In this document: piece after piece, positions 38,536-47,517 of the stretch
How positions within the stretch are numbered: position 1 is the first letter of the stretch
Layout of the letters: each line of letters begins with the position of its first letter
NCBI GenBank assembly: GCA_963842815.1
Contig: CAWJHU010000003.1
Span: 27,683-91,682, forward strand
Reading direction: 5' to 3'
DNA: 64,000 nt
Origin: Candidatus Nomurabacteria bacterium
GTDB taxonomy: Bacteria > Patescibacteriota > Minisyncoccia > Phycocordibacterales > UBA9973
Translations under genes and position numbers: made by a program
Notes under the pieces: generated by a model
Told to the model about the DNA's origin: nothing
Databases searched by the model: none
What the model saw: the letters and a program-made list of their open reading frames with translations, nothing else

Positions 38536-39681
38536 ATGAAAATTTTAAGCATTGAAACATCCTGCGATGACACGGGCATAACTTTGATGGAGACAAAAGG
38601 GGGTATAAGAAATGCTTCTTTTAAAATCTTAGCCAATGTTTCTAATTCGCAAATAAAAATACACGCCGAATATGGCGGAGTGTTTCCAATGCTGGCCAAA
38701 AGAGAACATATAAAAAATTTGCCGATACTTTTGGAACAGGTACTTAAAAAAGCTAATCAAGAAAAAAACAAAAAACCTGTGGATGCCGTGGCTGTGACCT
38801 ATGGGCCGGGGTTGGAACCGGCACTCTGGAGCGGAATTGTTTTTGCCAAAGAATTGGCAAAAAAATGGAACATTCCTCTAATTCCGGTAAATCACATGGA
38901 GGGACATATTTTATCCGTGTTTGGAAAGACAAAAGGACAATTTAAAATTCCGAAAATAAATTCCCCTATTCTTTCTTTGCTTGTTTCCGGCGGACATACG
39001 GAACTTATACTAACAAAAAATTTCAAACGGTATGAAATCCTGGGTGAAACGTTGGATGACGCGGCCGGAGAAGCGTTTGATAAAGTAGCCAGAATGATGA
39101 ACCTTCCCTACCCTGGCGGACCAGAGATTTCAAAGCTGGCGGAGCTTCAAAGGGCAAGGAAAAAACTAATCTTTTCGGGGTCGCTGTCTCCGCGTGCTCG
39201 CGGAGCGCTGCCTCTCGGCTCGTCAGCCTGCGAGACACCCCGCAAAGATTGTTTTTCCCTCGCCCTTCCCCGCCCGATGCTTCACAGTAAAAATTTTGAT
39301 TTTTCTTTTTCCGGCCTGAAAACCGCCGTTCTTTATTTAATTCAAAAAATCGGGAAATTGGATTATAAAACAAAAACAAAAATCGCTTTAGAATTTGAAA
39401 ATGCGGTAGTGGATGTCCTGGTTTATAAAACAATCAAAGCTAAAGAAAAATTCAAGGCAAAAACCGTCATCGTCGCCGGCGGAGTAGCTGGGAATTCACA
39501 TCTGCAAAAACAAATAAAAAAAGCTCTGGGCAAAAAAACCAAATTATTTTTCCCGAAAAAAGGATTGACCGGAGACAATTCCATAATGATAGGCATAGCC
39601 GGATATTTGAATTATCTTAAAAATAAAAAGAAAGTGCCGAAAATAGATAATATAAAAGCGACTGGTAATTTAAGGCTTTAA
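38536..39681 (+). CDS. tsaD: tRNA N6-adenosine threonylcarbamoyltransferase TsaD, with a GC-rich in-frame insertion of about 100 bp
   Basis: IETSCDDTGITL...VNHMEGHIL...YPGGPEISKLAE...FDFSFSGLKTAV. The start codon is 2 nt after the tRNA-Val 3' end. Confidence 0.85.
   Translation: MKILSIETSCDDTGITLMETKGGIRNASFKILANVSNSQIKIHAEYGGVFPMLAKREHIKNLPILLEQVLKKANQEKNKKPVDAVAVTYGPGLEPALWSGIVFAKELAKKWNIPLIPVNHMEGHILSVFGKTKGQFKIPKINSPILSLLVSGGHTELILTKNFKRYEILGETLDDAAGEAFDKVARMMNLPYPGGPEISKLAELQRARKKLIFSGSLSPRARGALPLGSSACETPRKDCFSLALPRPMLHSKNFDFSFSGLKTAVLYLIQKIGKLDYKTKTKIALEFENAVVDVLVYKTIKAKEKFKAKTVIVAGGVAGNSHLQKQIKKALGKKTKLFFPKKGLTGDNSIMIGIAGYLNYLKNKKKVPKIDNIKATGNLRL
39176..39276. repeat. GC-rich palindromic insertion within tsaD (in frame)
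   Basis: GGGGTCGCTGTCTCCGCGTGCTCGCGGAGCGCTGCCTCTCGGCTCGTCAGCCTGCGAGACACCCC sits within an otherwise AT-rich genome. It carries nested inverted repeats and encodes about 30 extra residues between KKLIF and PRPML. Confidence 0.6.
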
Positions 39682-39698
39682 TATGATATTATTTAGGT

Positions 39699-41882
39699 AT
39701 GGATGAGAGATTGCTAAAGCCCTACGACCCGAAAGGAACGGAAGACAAGATTTACAAACTCTGGGAAAAGAGTGGTTTTTTTAACCCTGATATTTGCATA
39801 GAAAAAGGAATAACTGAATCCGATGCTGAAGCCTTTTCCATAGTTCTTCCCCCGCCGAATGTCACTGGCAATCTGCACACTGGGCATGCGCTTATGCTCG
39901 TCATAGAAGACATAATGACTCGCTATGCTCGAATGCAAGGTAAAAAAACTCTTTGGCTTCCGGGCACGGACCATGCCGCCATTGCCACCCAGTCAAAAGT
40001 TGAAAAACTTTTAGAAAAAGAAGGTGTCCGAAAAAGTGAAATCGGACGAGAAGAATTTTTAAAACGAGTGGAAAAATATGCAAAAGATTCCCATGATATT
40101 ATCGTAAATCAAGCAAAAAAAATGGGAGCTTCTCTGGACTGGTCCCGAGAAGCATTTACCTTGGATGAAAAACGCAATGTTGCCGTAAAAACAGCTTTTA
40201 AACAAATGTATGACGACGGCCTTATTTACCGTGGAAATCGTATGGTAAATTGGGACCCCAAAGGCCAGACCGTTATTTCCGATGATGAAATAGTTTACGA
40301 AGAAAGAAAAAATAAATTTTATACTTTTAAATACGGCCCGTTTGAAATAAGCACAGTGCGCCCGGAAACAAAATTCGGCGACAAATACGTGGTAATGCAT
40401 CCGGATGACAAAAGATATAAAAAATGGAAAGATGGAGAAAAGATAAAACTTGAATGGATAAATGGTCCCATTGAAGCCACTGTTATAAAAGATGAAGTCA
40501 TTGATATGGAATTCGGAACCGGAGTAATGACCATCACTCCCTGGCATTCACATGAAGATTTTGCCATCGCGGAAAAACACAAACTTGATAAGGAACAAAT
40601 TATTGATAAATATGGAAGGCTACTCCCCATAGCTGGGGAATTCGCCGGAATGAAAATAGCCGACGCGCGTGAAAAAATTGTGGAGAAATTAAAAGCAAAG
40701 GGGTTGGTCGTGTCCATTGATGAAAATTATATAAACCGAGTGGCAACAGCGGAACGAAGTGGCGGGATGATTGAACCGCAAATAATGCTTCAATGGTTCA
40801 TAGACGTAAATAAGAAAATCCCCTCCCGTGACAATAAATCGCTCAAAGAATTGATGCTGGAACCGGTTCGGAAGGAAAAAATAAAAATTATTCCCAAACA
40901 TTTTGAGAAAGTTTATTTTAATTGGATTGAAAACCTGCGCGATTGGTGTATTTCTCGTCAAATCTGGTACGGACATAGAATTCCAGTGTGGTACCGCAAA
41001 GACGAGATTTATTGCGGGGTAGAAGCACCAAAAGGCGACGGCTGGGAACAAGACCCGGATACGTTGGACACTTGGTTTTCCTCCGGACTTTGGACTTTTT
41101 CTACTCTGGGTTGGCCAGAAAAAACAAAAGATTTAAAAACATATCATCCTACAACAGTACTTGAAACCGGACACGATATTTTGTTTTTTTGGATTGCAAG
41201 AATGATTTTAATGTCGCAATATTTGCTAGATGAAATACCTTTTAAAAATGTTTATTTGCATGGTATGGTTCGCGCTGCTGATGGTAAAAAAATGTCCAAA
41301 TCTCTGGGAGATAAAGCTATTGACCCACTGGATATTATTGAAAAATACGGTAATGATGCGCTTCGGTTGGCAATGATTGTGGGCAACACCCCAGGCAATG
41401 ATTTGAAGTTAAATGAAAATGACATCCGCGGTTATAAAAAATTCGCCAACAAGGTTTGGAATGCGTCACGTTTTGTTATTGAACAGACTAAAGATTTGGA
41501 CATTTCCAATCTGCCCGAATTGGATGAAGAAGACAAAAAAAGCAATGACCGGTTGCAGGCATTATTAACTGAAATTTCAAAAGAAATGGATGAATTCCGA
41601 TATTCCATCGTAGCGGAAAAACTTTATCACTATTTCTGGCATACTTTTGCCGACGTTATTATTGAAAGGTCAAAGGTTAAAATTTTGAAAAATCAAAATG
41701 CCTCTTCGGCTAAAACCCTTCTTTATACTCATTTGAATACTCTTTTAAAGATTCTTCATCCCTTCATTCCTTTCGTCACCGAAGAAATCTGGTCAATGTT
41801 CCCCCAAAAAAATAAAAATCTTTTATTGGTAGAAAAATGGCCCGTCGGTTCCATTCAGAGCAACTCTCAAAAAATCAAATGA
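39699..41882 (+). CDS. valS: Valine--tRNA ligase
   Basis: PPPNVTGNLHTGHA (HIGH), KMSKSLGD (KMSKS); 727 aa; lacks the C-terminal coiled coil. Confidence 0.85.
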   Translation: MDERLLKPYDPKGTEDKIYKLWEKSGFFNPDICIEKGITESDAEAFSIVLPPPNVTGNLHTGHALMLVIEDIMTRYARMQGKKTLWLPGTDHAAIATQSKVEKLLEKEGVRKSEIGREEFLKRVEKYAKDSHDIIVNQAKKMGASLDWSREAFTLDEKRNVAVKTAFKQMYDDGLIYRGNRMVNWDPKGQTVISDDEIVYEERKNKFYTFKYGPFEISTVRPETKFGDKYVVMHPDDKRYKKWKDGEKIKLEWINGPIEATVIKDEVIDMEFGTGVMTITPWHSHEDFAIAEKHKLDKEQIIDKYGRLLPIAGEFAGMKIADAREKIVEKLKAKGLVVSIDENYINRVATAERSGGMIEPQIMLQWFIDVNKKIPSRDNKSLKELMLEPVRKEKIKIIPKHFEKVYFNWIENLRDWCISRQIWYGHRIPVWYRKDEIYCGVEAPKGDGWEQDPDTLDTWFSSGLWTFSTLGWPEKTKDLKTYHPTTVLETGHDILFFWIARMILMSQYLLDEIPFKNVYLHGMVRAADGKKMSKSLGDKAIDPLDIIEKYGNDALRLAMIVGNTPGNDLKLNENDIRGYKKFANKVWNASRFVIEQTKDLDISNLPELDEEDKKSNDRLQALLTEISKEMDEFRYSIVAEKLYHYFWHTFADVIIERSKVKILKNQNASSAKTLLYTHLNTLLKILHPFIPFVTEEIWSMFPQKNKNLLLVEKWPVGSIQSNSQKIK

Positions 41883-42568
41883 CTAACGACCCGAAAATTT
41901 TAGCTTTGGCGCTTTTGGGCGGAATTGCTCCGGCTCTTTTTTGGCTTTGGTTTTGGCTCAGAGAAGATAAAGAAAAACCTGAACCCATAGGCCTTATAAT
42001 TTCAATATTTATCATTGGAATGATTTGCGTTATTTTTGTCATACCGGCCGAAAAATTCATCCAAAATAATGTGGCTTCAAACGGATGGCGAATCATCAGC
42101 TGGGCAAGCGTGGAAGAATTGATAAAATACCTGGGCGTGGTGATTATTCTTTATAAAACAAACCGCGTCCAAAAACCCATAGATTGGCCGATTTTCTTGA
42201 TTACTGTCGCTTTGGGATTCGCAGCCCTTGAAAATACCCTGTATTTAATCAAGCCTCTCTCTCTAAACAATGCCACGGTGGGCCTACTTACCGGCCAACT
42301 TAGATTTTTGGGGTCTACTCTTCTTCATGCCGTATCAACCGGAATTGTCGGCATAGCCATAGGCCTCTCTTTTTATATGAGAAAGTTTTTTGAAGAAATA
42401 TACCTTGTTTTAGGCCTTTTACTGGCTATCGCCTTGCATAGTACCTTTAATTTTTTTATAATGGAGAATAGCGGAACTAATTATTTAAGTGTGCTAGGTT
42501 TCCTCTGGGTCGTTACAATTATTATTATGTTACTTTTTGAAAAATTAAGAAGAATGAGTTTAAATTAA
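41879..42568 (+). CDS. PrsW-family intramembrane metalloprotease-like protein
   Basis: EExxK (SVEELIKY), FxxxH (LLHAVSTG) and HxxxN (HSTFNF) motifs in a polytopic membrane protein. The start is placed at MTNDPK (ATGA overlap with valS). Confidence 0.5.
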   Translation: MTNDPKILALALLGGIAPALFWLWFWLREDKEKPEPIGLIISIFIIGMICVIFVIPAEKFIQNNVASNGWRIISWASVEELIKYLGVVIILYKTNRVQKPIDWPIFLITVALGFAALENTLYLIKPLSLNNATVGLLTGQLRFLGSTLLHAVSTGIVGIAIGLSFYMRKFFEEIYLVLGLLLAIALHSTFNFFIMENSGTNYLSVLGFLWVVTIIIMLLFEKLRRMSLN

Positions 42569-42570
42569 TT

Positions 42571-43044
42571 ATGAATACACAAAATAAAAAAAGAAGTTTT
42601 TTTGACAGATTGACAGGAAGCATTCGCAGCGAGGAAGATGATGAAGAAATAAAAAATATATCCGTTAAGGGAGATAAAAAAAACGGCAATGGCTGGATGG
42701 AAGAAGAAAATGAAGAACTGGAACTTACGGTGGACGTTTATCAAACACCGACAGACATTATAGTGCAAACCATGGTTGCCGGAGTTAAGCCGGAAGATTT
42801 AGAGCTTACCATTGCCAGAGACATGATTACCATCAGAGGCAAAAGAGAAGAAAATAGGAACATAGATGAAGAAAATTATTTTATTAAAGAGCTTTATTGG
42901 GGAAAGTTTTCTCGTACAATATCTCTGCCCATAGAAGTGGAACCGGAAGAAGTGGAAGCTACCGAAAGACACGGATTGTTGACTATAAAAATACAAAAAG
43001 TGGATAAAGAAAAAAAGAATGTCATTAAGGTAAAATCTATTTAG
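42571..43044 (+). CDS. Hsp20/alpha-crystallin small heat-shock protein
   Basis: Alpha-crystallin domain LTVDVYQTP...AGVKPEDLELTI...GKFSRTISLP. Confidence 0.8.
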   Translation: MNTQNKKRSFFDRLTGSIRSEEDDEEIKNISVKGDKKNGNGWMEEENEELELTVDVYQTPTDIIVQTMVAGVKPEDLELTIARDMITIRGKREENRNIDEENYFIKELYWGKFSRTISLPIEVEPEEVEATERHGLLTIKIQKVDKEKKNVIKVKSI

Positions 43045-43057
43045 AAAGTTTACTTTG

Positions 43058-43129
43058 TGCCTGGGGGCAGAATCGCACTGCCGACCTATCCCTCTTCAGG
43101 GGAGAGCTCTACTACTGAGCTACCCAGGC
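43058..43129 (-). tRNA. tRNA-Phe (anticodon GAA)
   Basis: The reverse complement GCCTGGGTAGCTCAGTAGTAGAGCTCTCCCCTGAAGAGGGATAGGTCGGCAGTGCGATTCTGCCCCCAGGCA has one mismatch at the base of the anticodon stem. Confidence 0.75.
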
Positions 43130-43140
43130 GTGTTTTTGTT

Positions 43141-43407
43141 TTATAATTTCTTTAATAAATCTTGCAGCGGACTGCTGTTTACTTTCTGCTGTATACCGGT
43201 AACTGAATTATACAAATCCGCTATCTTGCTTAAATACGGGTCCAGAAAATAAAAGGATCCAAAAGCAATTCCCAGTATCAAAAGATATTTCAACACTTGC
43301 CATAGGGTTGACCTTTTTTGAACGCCTCTGATTTTGTGAAGCAATTTATTGTTTTCTTCGGCCAGTGCCAACGTATTTTGAAGCAATTGCTTTGACTCAG
43401 GATCCAT
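43141..43407 (-). CDS. Hypothetical small membrane protein
   Basis: 88 aa with a single TM segment and no family match. Confidence 0.3.
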   Translation of the reverse strand: MDPESKQLLQNTLALAEENNKLLHKIRGVQKRSTLWQVLKYLLILGIAFGSFYFLDPYLSKIADLYNSVTGIQQKVNSSPLQDLLKKL

Positions 43408-43512
43408 AGAAATATATTATCATAGACAAACAAAAAAACCAATTCACTCCGCCGTGGCGTGGGTTTTTAAATTTTGGCTTTTTGTGTTAAATTATAAGAG
43501 TTCATAATTTAA

Positions 43513-43584
43513 GTCCTCGTAGTTCAATGGATAGAATAGCTCACTCCTAACGAGCTGATCCAGGTTCGACTCCCGGCGAGGACA
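43513..43584 (+). tRNA. tRNA-Arg (anticodon CCU)
   Basis: GTCCTCGTAGTTCAATGGATAGAATAGCTCACTCCTAACGAGCTGATCCAGGTTCGACTCCCGGCGAGGACA closely resembles enterobacterial argW. Confidence 0.8.
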
Positions 43585-43586
43585 CA

Positions 43587-43823
43587 CTAAATAAGCCCTA
43601 GTGCCTTAGCTATTTCCGGTTTATCGAAGCCCACAATAAGCTTCTCCCCTATTATAATAACAGGCACGCCCATTTGCCCGCTTTTGCTTATCATTTCTTT
43701 TCTTTTTTCAATGTCGCTGGCCACATTGTACTCCGTATATGCTACATTATTCGCTTTGAAAAAGTCTTTAGCCATTTGGCAAAAGTGGCAGGACGGTGTG
43801 GAATAAATCACTACATTTTTCAT
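43587..43823 (-). CDS. Glutaredoxin/NrdH-like redoxin
   Basis: CHFC active site in a thioredoxin fold of 78 aa. Confidence 0.75.
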   Translation of the reverse strand: MKNVVIYSTPSCHFCQMAKDFFKANNVAYTEYNVASDIEKRKEMISKSGQMGVPVIIIGEKLIVGFDKPEIAKALGLI

Positions 43824-43892
43824 AATGTTTTTAAATTATATTAAATTATTAATTACTTATATTATAGCATACGCGTCAAGCGACACAAAATG

Positions 43893-43963
43893 TGCGGCCG
43901 GCGAGAATCGAACTCGCGCCCGATGCTTGGGAAGCACCAGTTCTACCACTAAACTACGACCGC
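43893..43963 (-). tRNA. tRNA-Gly (anticodon CCC)
   Basis: The reverse complement GCGGTCGTAGTTTAGTGGTAGAACTGGTGCTTCCCAAGCATCGGGCGCGAGTTCGATTCTCGCCGGCCGCA has one G-U pair in the acceptor stem. Confidence 0.75.
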
Positions 43964-44106
43964 GCATATAAAATATATCGTTATTCCCCCTTTTGAGCAA
44001 GTTCTTGCTTTTTTGTTTATTTTGTTGTAGTCTATCATCAGAAATAAAGAAATCGACCAACTTTTTGAATTAGTACCTTTTTAAAACCATATATAAGGAG
44101 AAAAAA

Positions 44107-44493
44107 ATGTCGCCTAGTAAACCAAAAATGTGGGAAATAAAAAAATTCTATTTCCTGGGAGTGGATAATGAGTTGGGAAAAATTATCCCGGCTGTTATTA
44201 AAAGGGGCAGAGAAGAAGAGGTTATTGTGGTCTCCGAAGAGAACAAGATTTTTCTTACAAAAATTTGGTATCTTTTGGGAATAGAAAATGCCAAAATAAG
44301 CAGTTTCGTCGGAAATATGAATTTAAAGAAAAATATTGTCTCAAACCTTTTTAAACTCTCTGAAAAACCAATACACGTTTATTCTGTAGACGAATTGGAA
44401 AAGCTTTATCGGGAGGAAAAGGGCTGCTTCCAATGGAAAACTCCTGTGATGGAAGAAGAAAAAAATCTTATCTTCATTGTGCCTATAGTTTAG
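44107..44493 (+). CDS. Hypothetical protein (128 aa)
   Basis: Strong RBS AAGGAG; no recognisable motifs; a bidirectional terminator follows. Confidence 0.35.
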   Translation: MSPSKPKMWEIKKFYFLGVDNELGKIIPAVIKRGREEEVIVVSEENKIFLTKIWYLLGIENAKISSFVGNMNLKKNIVSNLFKLSEKPIHVYSVDELEKLYREEKGCFQWKTPVMEEEKNLIFIVPIV

Positions 44494-44501
44494 TAAAAAA
44501 A

Positions 44502-44545
44502 CAAAAAGGTTATTGCTAGTTTACCGGTAATAACCTTTTTTATTT
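44502..44545. terminator. Bidirectional hairpin terminator
   Basis: AAAAAGGTTATT...AATAACCTTTTTTATTT. Confidence 0.5.
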
Positions 44546-44555
44546 ACAAAATTTC

Positions 44556-44876
44556 TTATAGATGCTTCTTTAAATGTTTCCAGGAAGCATGGGCTTCTTT
44601 GGCCATCTTTCTTAAATCTTCCGCATCAAATTTCCCGGTTTTGTTATAGTCGGCTAAGGCTTTGTTTATGAATATTTTATATTCTTTTTCCCCCATTTCT
44701 TTGGCATTTTTCAATTTCGGGGCGACTGTTTTATAAAAATCTGCCAATTTGGCTTTCACTTCCCCTCTTACCTCTTTCCCTGTTTTTGATTCGGCAAAAA
44801 TTCCCGCCGCCACTCCCAAGGCCGCTCCGATTAATGCACCATTTAAAAATTTAGAACTTTTATTTGTCTTTTTCAT
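44556..44876 (-). CDS. YtxH-like small protein (N-terminal TM plus amphipathic helices)
   Basis: GALIGAALGVAAGIFA TM segment followed by a Lys/Glu-rich helical region. Confidence 0.4.
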   Translation of the reverse strand: MKKTNKSSKFLNGALIGAALGVAAGIFAESKTGKEVRGEVKAKLADFYKTVAPKLKNAKEMGEKEYKIFINKALADYNKTGKFDAEDLRKMAKEAHASWKHLKKHL

Positions 44877-45087
44877 AATTTTTATTTTTACTAAATGAAT
44901 TGATAATTTTTTTTATGTTCCTTTTTGTCCTATGATAAGTCTGGCTGACATCGTCCGTGATATTGCGGGTATTTCTTAAAATACAGATTAAATAATATAT
45001 CAGAATAACAAGCAATAGGCCTATAACTATTATCACAAGCGAAGAAACTATATAGAAAATTGTTTGGGATATTATAAGCGTGCTCAT
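44860..45087 (-). CDS. Hypothetical small membrane protein
   Basis: 75 aa with a TM helix. Confidence 0.3.
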   Translation of the reverse strand: MSTLIISQTIFYIVSSLVIIVIGLLLVILIYYLICILRNTRNITDDVSQTYHRTKRNIKKIINSFSKNKNYEKDK

Positions 45088-47486
45088 TGATTTTTACTGA
45101 GAGACATAATAATTTTAATAACCGTGTCGGGATTGAGAGACATACTTTCTATCCCCTCATTTACCAAAAATTGCGCAAAATCAGGATAGTCCGACGGGGC
45201 TTGTCCGCAAATGCCGATATATTTCTTCTTTTCCCTGCATTTATGAATAATTTCGGCTATAAATTTTTTCACCGCTCCATTATTTTCATTGGCAATGTGC
45301 GTGACAATGCCGGAATCGCGGTCCAAGCCCAAGGTAAGCTGGGTCAAGTCATTGGAACCGATGGACATACCGTCAAAAATTTCCAGAAATTCATCCGCCA
45401 GAAGAATGTTTGAAGGAATTTCGCACATTACATAGACTTTCAGACTCTGGTCCTTGGCGCGGTCCAATCCGTGTTCTTTCATCACTTCAATCACCTGTTG
45501 GGCTTCTTCCGGAGTTCGGCAAAAAGGAATCATTGGGATAACATTGGTAAAACCCATTTCCTCCCGCACTCTTTTCATCGCTTTGCACTCAAGGCCGAAA
45601 GCCACTTTGAATTTTGGGTCATAATAACGAGAAGCTCCGCGCCAGCCCAACATTGGATTCTCTTCATGGGGCTCATAGAGCTCCCCACCGATAAGGGTGC
45701 GGTATTCATTGGTTTTGAAATCAGAAAAACGAATGATAACATCGTGCGGATAAAATGTAGCGCCGATTTTGGCAATCCCTAGGGCAAGATTATCAACATA
45801 ATATTGCGATTTATCTTTATAAAGAGGCGCTAAATTATCAATTTCTTTAAGGACCTTTTTTATGTAAGGGGTTTTCTTCCCTTCTTTTAATTTTTTATAA
45901 TCAATTAAAGCATTCGGATGAAGGCGAATGTGTGAAGCAATAATAAATTCCAATCTGCCCAAGCCGACTCCCTGCGCCGGAAGGTTGTGATTTTTAAAAG
46001 CTTCATCCGGAGAACCGATATTAACCATAATTTTTGTATTTACCTTTGGTATTTTATCCAGATGATGTTCAATTATCTTAAACGGAATTACGCCGTCATA
46101 GACGTTGCCAACCTGGCTGGAAGCATCCACCGTTACCCCATTCCCATTTTTTAATACTTTGGTAGCATTATTAGAACCGACAATACAAGGAATACCCAAT
46201 TCACGCGAAACAATGGCAGCGTGCGAAGTGCGTCCGCCCTTATCCGTGACTATGGCGCTGGCAATTTTCATAATCGGTTCCCAATCCGGGTCGGTGATTT
46301 CGGTGACTAGTATCTCCCCTTTTTTGAATTGATTGATATTTTTGGCGCTGCGCAAGATACGAACATTTCCATTGCCAATCTTTGAACCCACAGCAATTCC
46401 ACTTACCAGTATCTTGCCTTTTTTTTCCAATTGATATTCTTTCAGCACATTTTTATCCTCTCCGGAAATAACCGTTTCCGGACGAGCCTGTACAATAAAA
46501 AGTTCATTGGTTTTTCCATCTTTAGCCCATTCAATATCCATGGGCTGATAATGATTGTGCTTTTTGGAAAAATATTTTTCTATTTCGTAACACCATTTGG
46601 CAAGTTTTATGGCTTCCTCGTCCGTCAAACAGAATTTCTGCTGGTCCGACAATGGAACGTTTTCTTTTTTAGTGCCATCTTTCGCATAAACCAATTTAAT
46701 ATTTTTCTTGCCGATATTTTTGCCGATGATTGGATTCTTGCCATTCTCAAGCGAAGGCTTAAAAATTATAAATTCATCCGGAATAACTTCCCCCTGCACG
46801 ATAAATTCTCCCAAGCCATAGATGCCATTTATTATTACAACTTTATCAAAACCTGTTTCCGTATCAATGGTAAACGCTACACCTGAGGATGCTTTATCGG
46901 AGCGCACCATACATTGAATACCCACAGAAAGAGCCGTATCAAAATGCGAAAATCCTTTGTCCGCCCGATAGGAAATAGCCCTGTCGGTAAAAAGCGAAGC
47001 AATGCATTTTTTGGTGGCAAGAAGCACATTGTCAACGCCATGCACATTCAGAAATGTTTCCTGTTGTCCGGCAAAAGAAGCGCCCGGCAAGTCTTCGGCG
47101 GTGGCAGAAGAACGGACGGCCACATCTCTGTTTTTGCCATATTTTTTTTCTAAATCTTCATAGGCTTTAGTAATCACATCATCCAGGTCCTGCGGTAAAT
47201 CGGCTTTTAAAATCGCTTCCCGAACTTTTTTCCCGCGAATTTGCAGATTGCGGATATCTTTGGTGTTCAAGTCGGAAAGAATTTTTTTTATTTCTTCATC
47301 CAGACCCGTGTTTTTAAAAAAATGACGATAGGCGTCCGCAGTCAAAGCAAAACCGTCCGGCACATTCACGCCCAGAGGCACTAGATTTGAATACATTTCT
47401 CCCAGGGCAGCATTTTTCCCGCCCACTATCGGGACATCTTCAATTCTTACTTCGCTGAACCATTTTACGAAATTATTTTCTGTCAT
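45084..47486 (-). CDS. ppsA: Phosphoenolpyruvate synthase (pyruvate, water dikinase)
   Basis: 800 aa, phosphohistidine segment GGRTSHAAIVSRELGIPCIVG, and a PEP-utilising C-terminal TIM-barrel. Confidence 0.85.
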   Translation of the reverse strand: MTENNFVKWFSEVRIEDVPIVGGKNAALGEMYSNLVPLGVNVPDGFALTADAYRHFFKNTGLDEEIKKILSDLNTKDIRNLQIRGKKVREAILKADLPQDLDDVITKAYEDLEKKYGKNRDVAVRSSATAEDLPGASFAGQQETFLNVHGVDNVLLATKKCIASLFTDRAISYRADKGFSHFDTALSVGIQCMVRSDKASSGVAFTIDTETGFDKVVIINGIYGLGEFIVQGEVIPDEFIIFKPSLENGKNPIIGKNIGKKNIKLVYAKDGTKKENVPLSDQQKFCLTDEEAIKLAKWCYEIEKYFSKKHNHYQPMDIEWAKDGKTNELFIVQARPETVISGEDKNVLKEYQLEKKGKILVSGIAVGSKIGNGNVRILRSAKNINQFKKGEILVTEITDPDWEPIMKIASAIVTDKGGRTSHAAIVSRELGIPCIVGSNNATKVLKNGNGVTVDASSQVGNVYDGVIPFKIIEHHLDKIPKVNTKIMVNIGSPDEAFKNHNLPAQGVGLGRLEFIIASHIRLHPNALIDYKKLKEGKKTPYIKKVLKEIDNLAPLYKDKSQYYVDNLALGIAKIGATFYPHDVIIRFSDFKTNEYRTLIGGELYEPHEENPMLGWRGASRYYDPKFKVAFGLECKAMKRVREEMGFTNVIPMIPFCRTPEEAQQVIEVMKEHGLDRAKDQSLKVYVMCEIPSNILLADEFLEIFDGMSIGSNDLTQLTLGLDRDSGIVTHIANENNGAVKKFIAEIIHKCREKKKYIGICGQAPSDYPDFAQFLVNEGIESMSLNPDTVIKIIMSLSKNQ

Positions 47487-47517
47487 ATGTGATTATTATA
47501 GCACAACTTATAACAAA

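Noticed and set aside
39023-39433. Minus-strand Gly/Arg-rich 136-aa ORF
   Set aside because: It is an antisense artefact created by the GC-rich insertion within tsaD.
43857-44060. 67-aa minus-strand ORF
   Set aside because: It overlaps tRNA-Gly and has no RBS or conservation pattern, so it is spurious.
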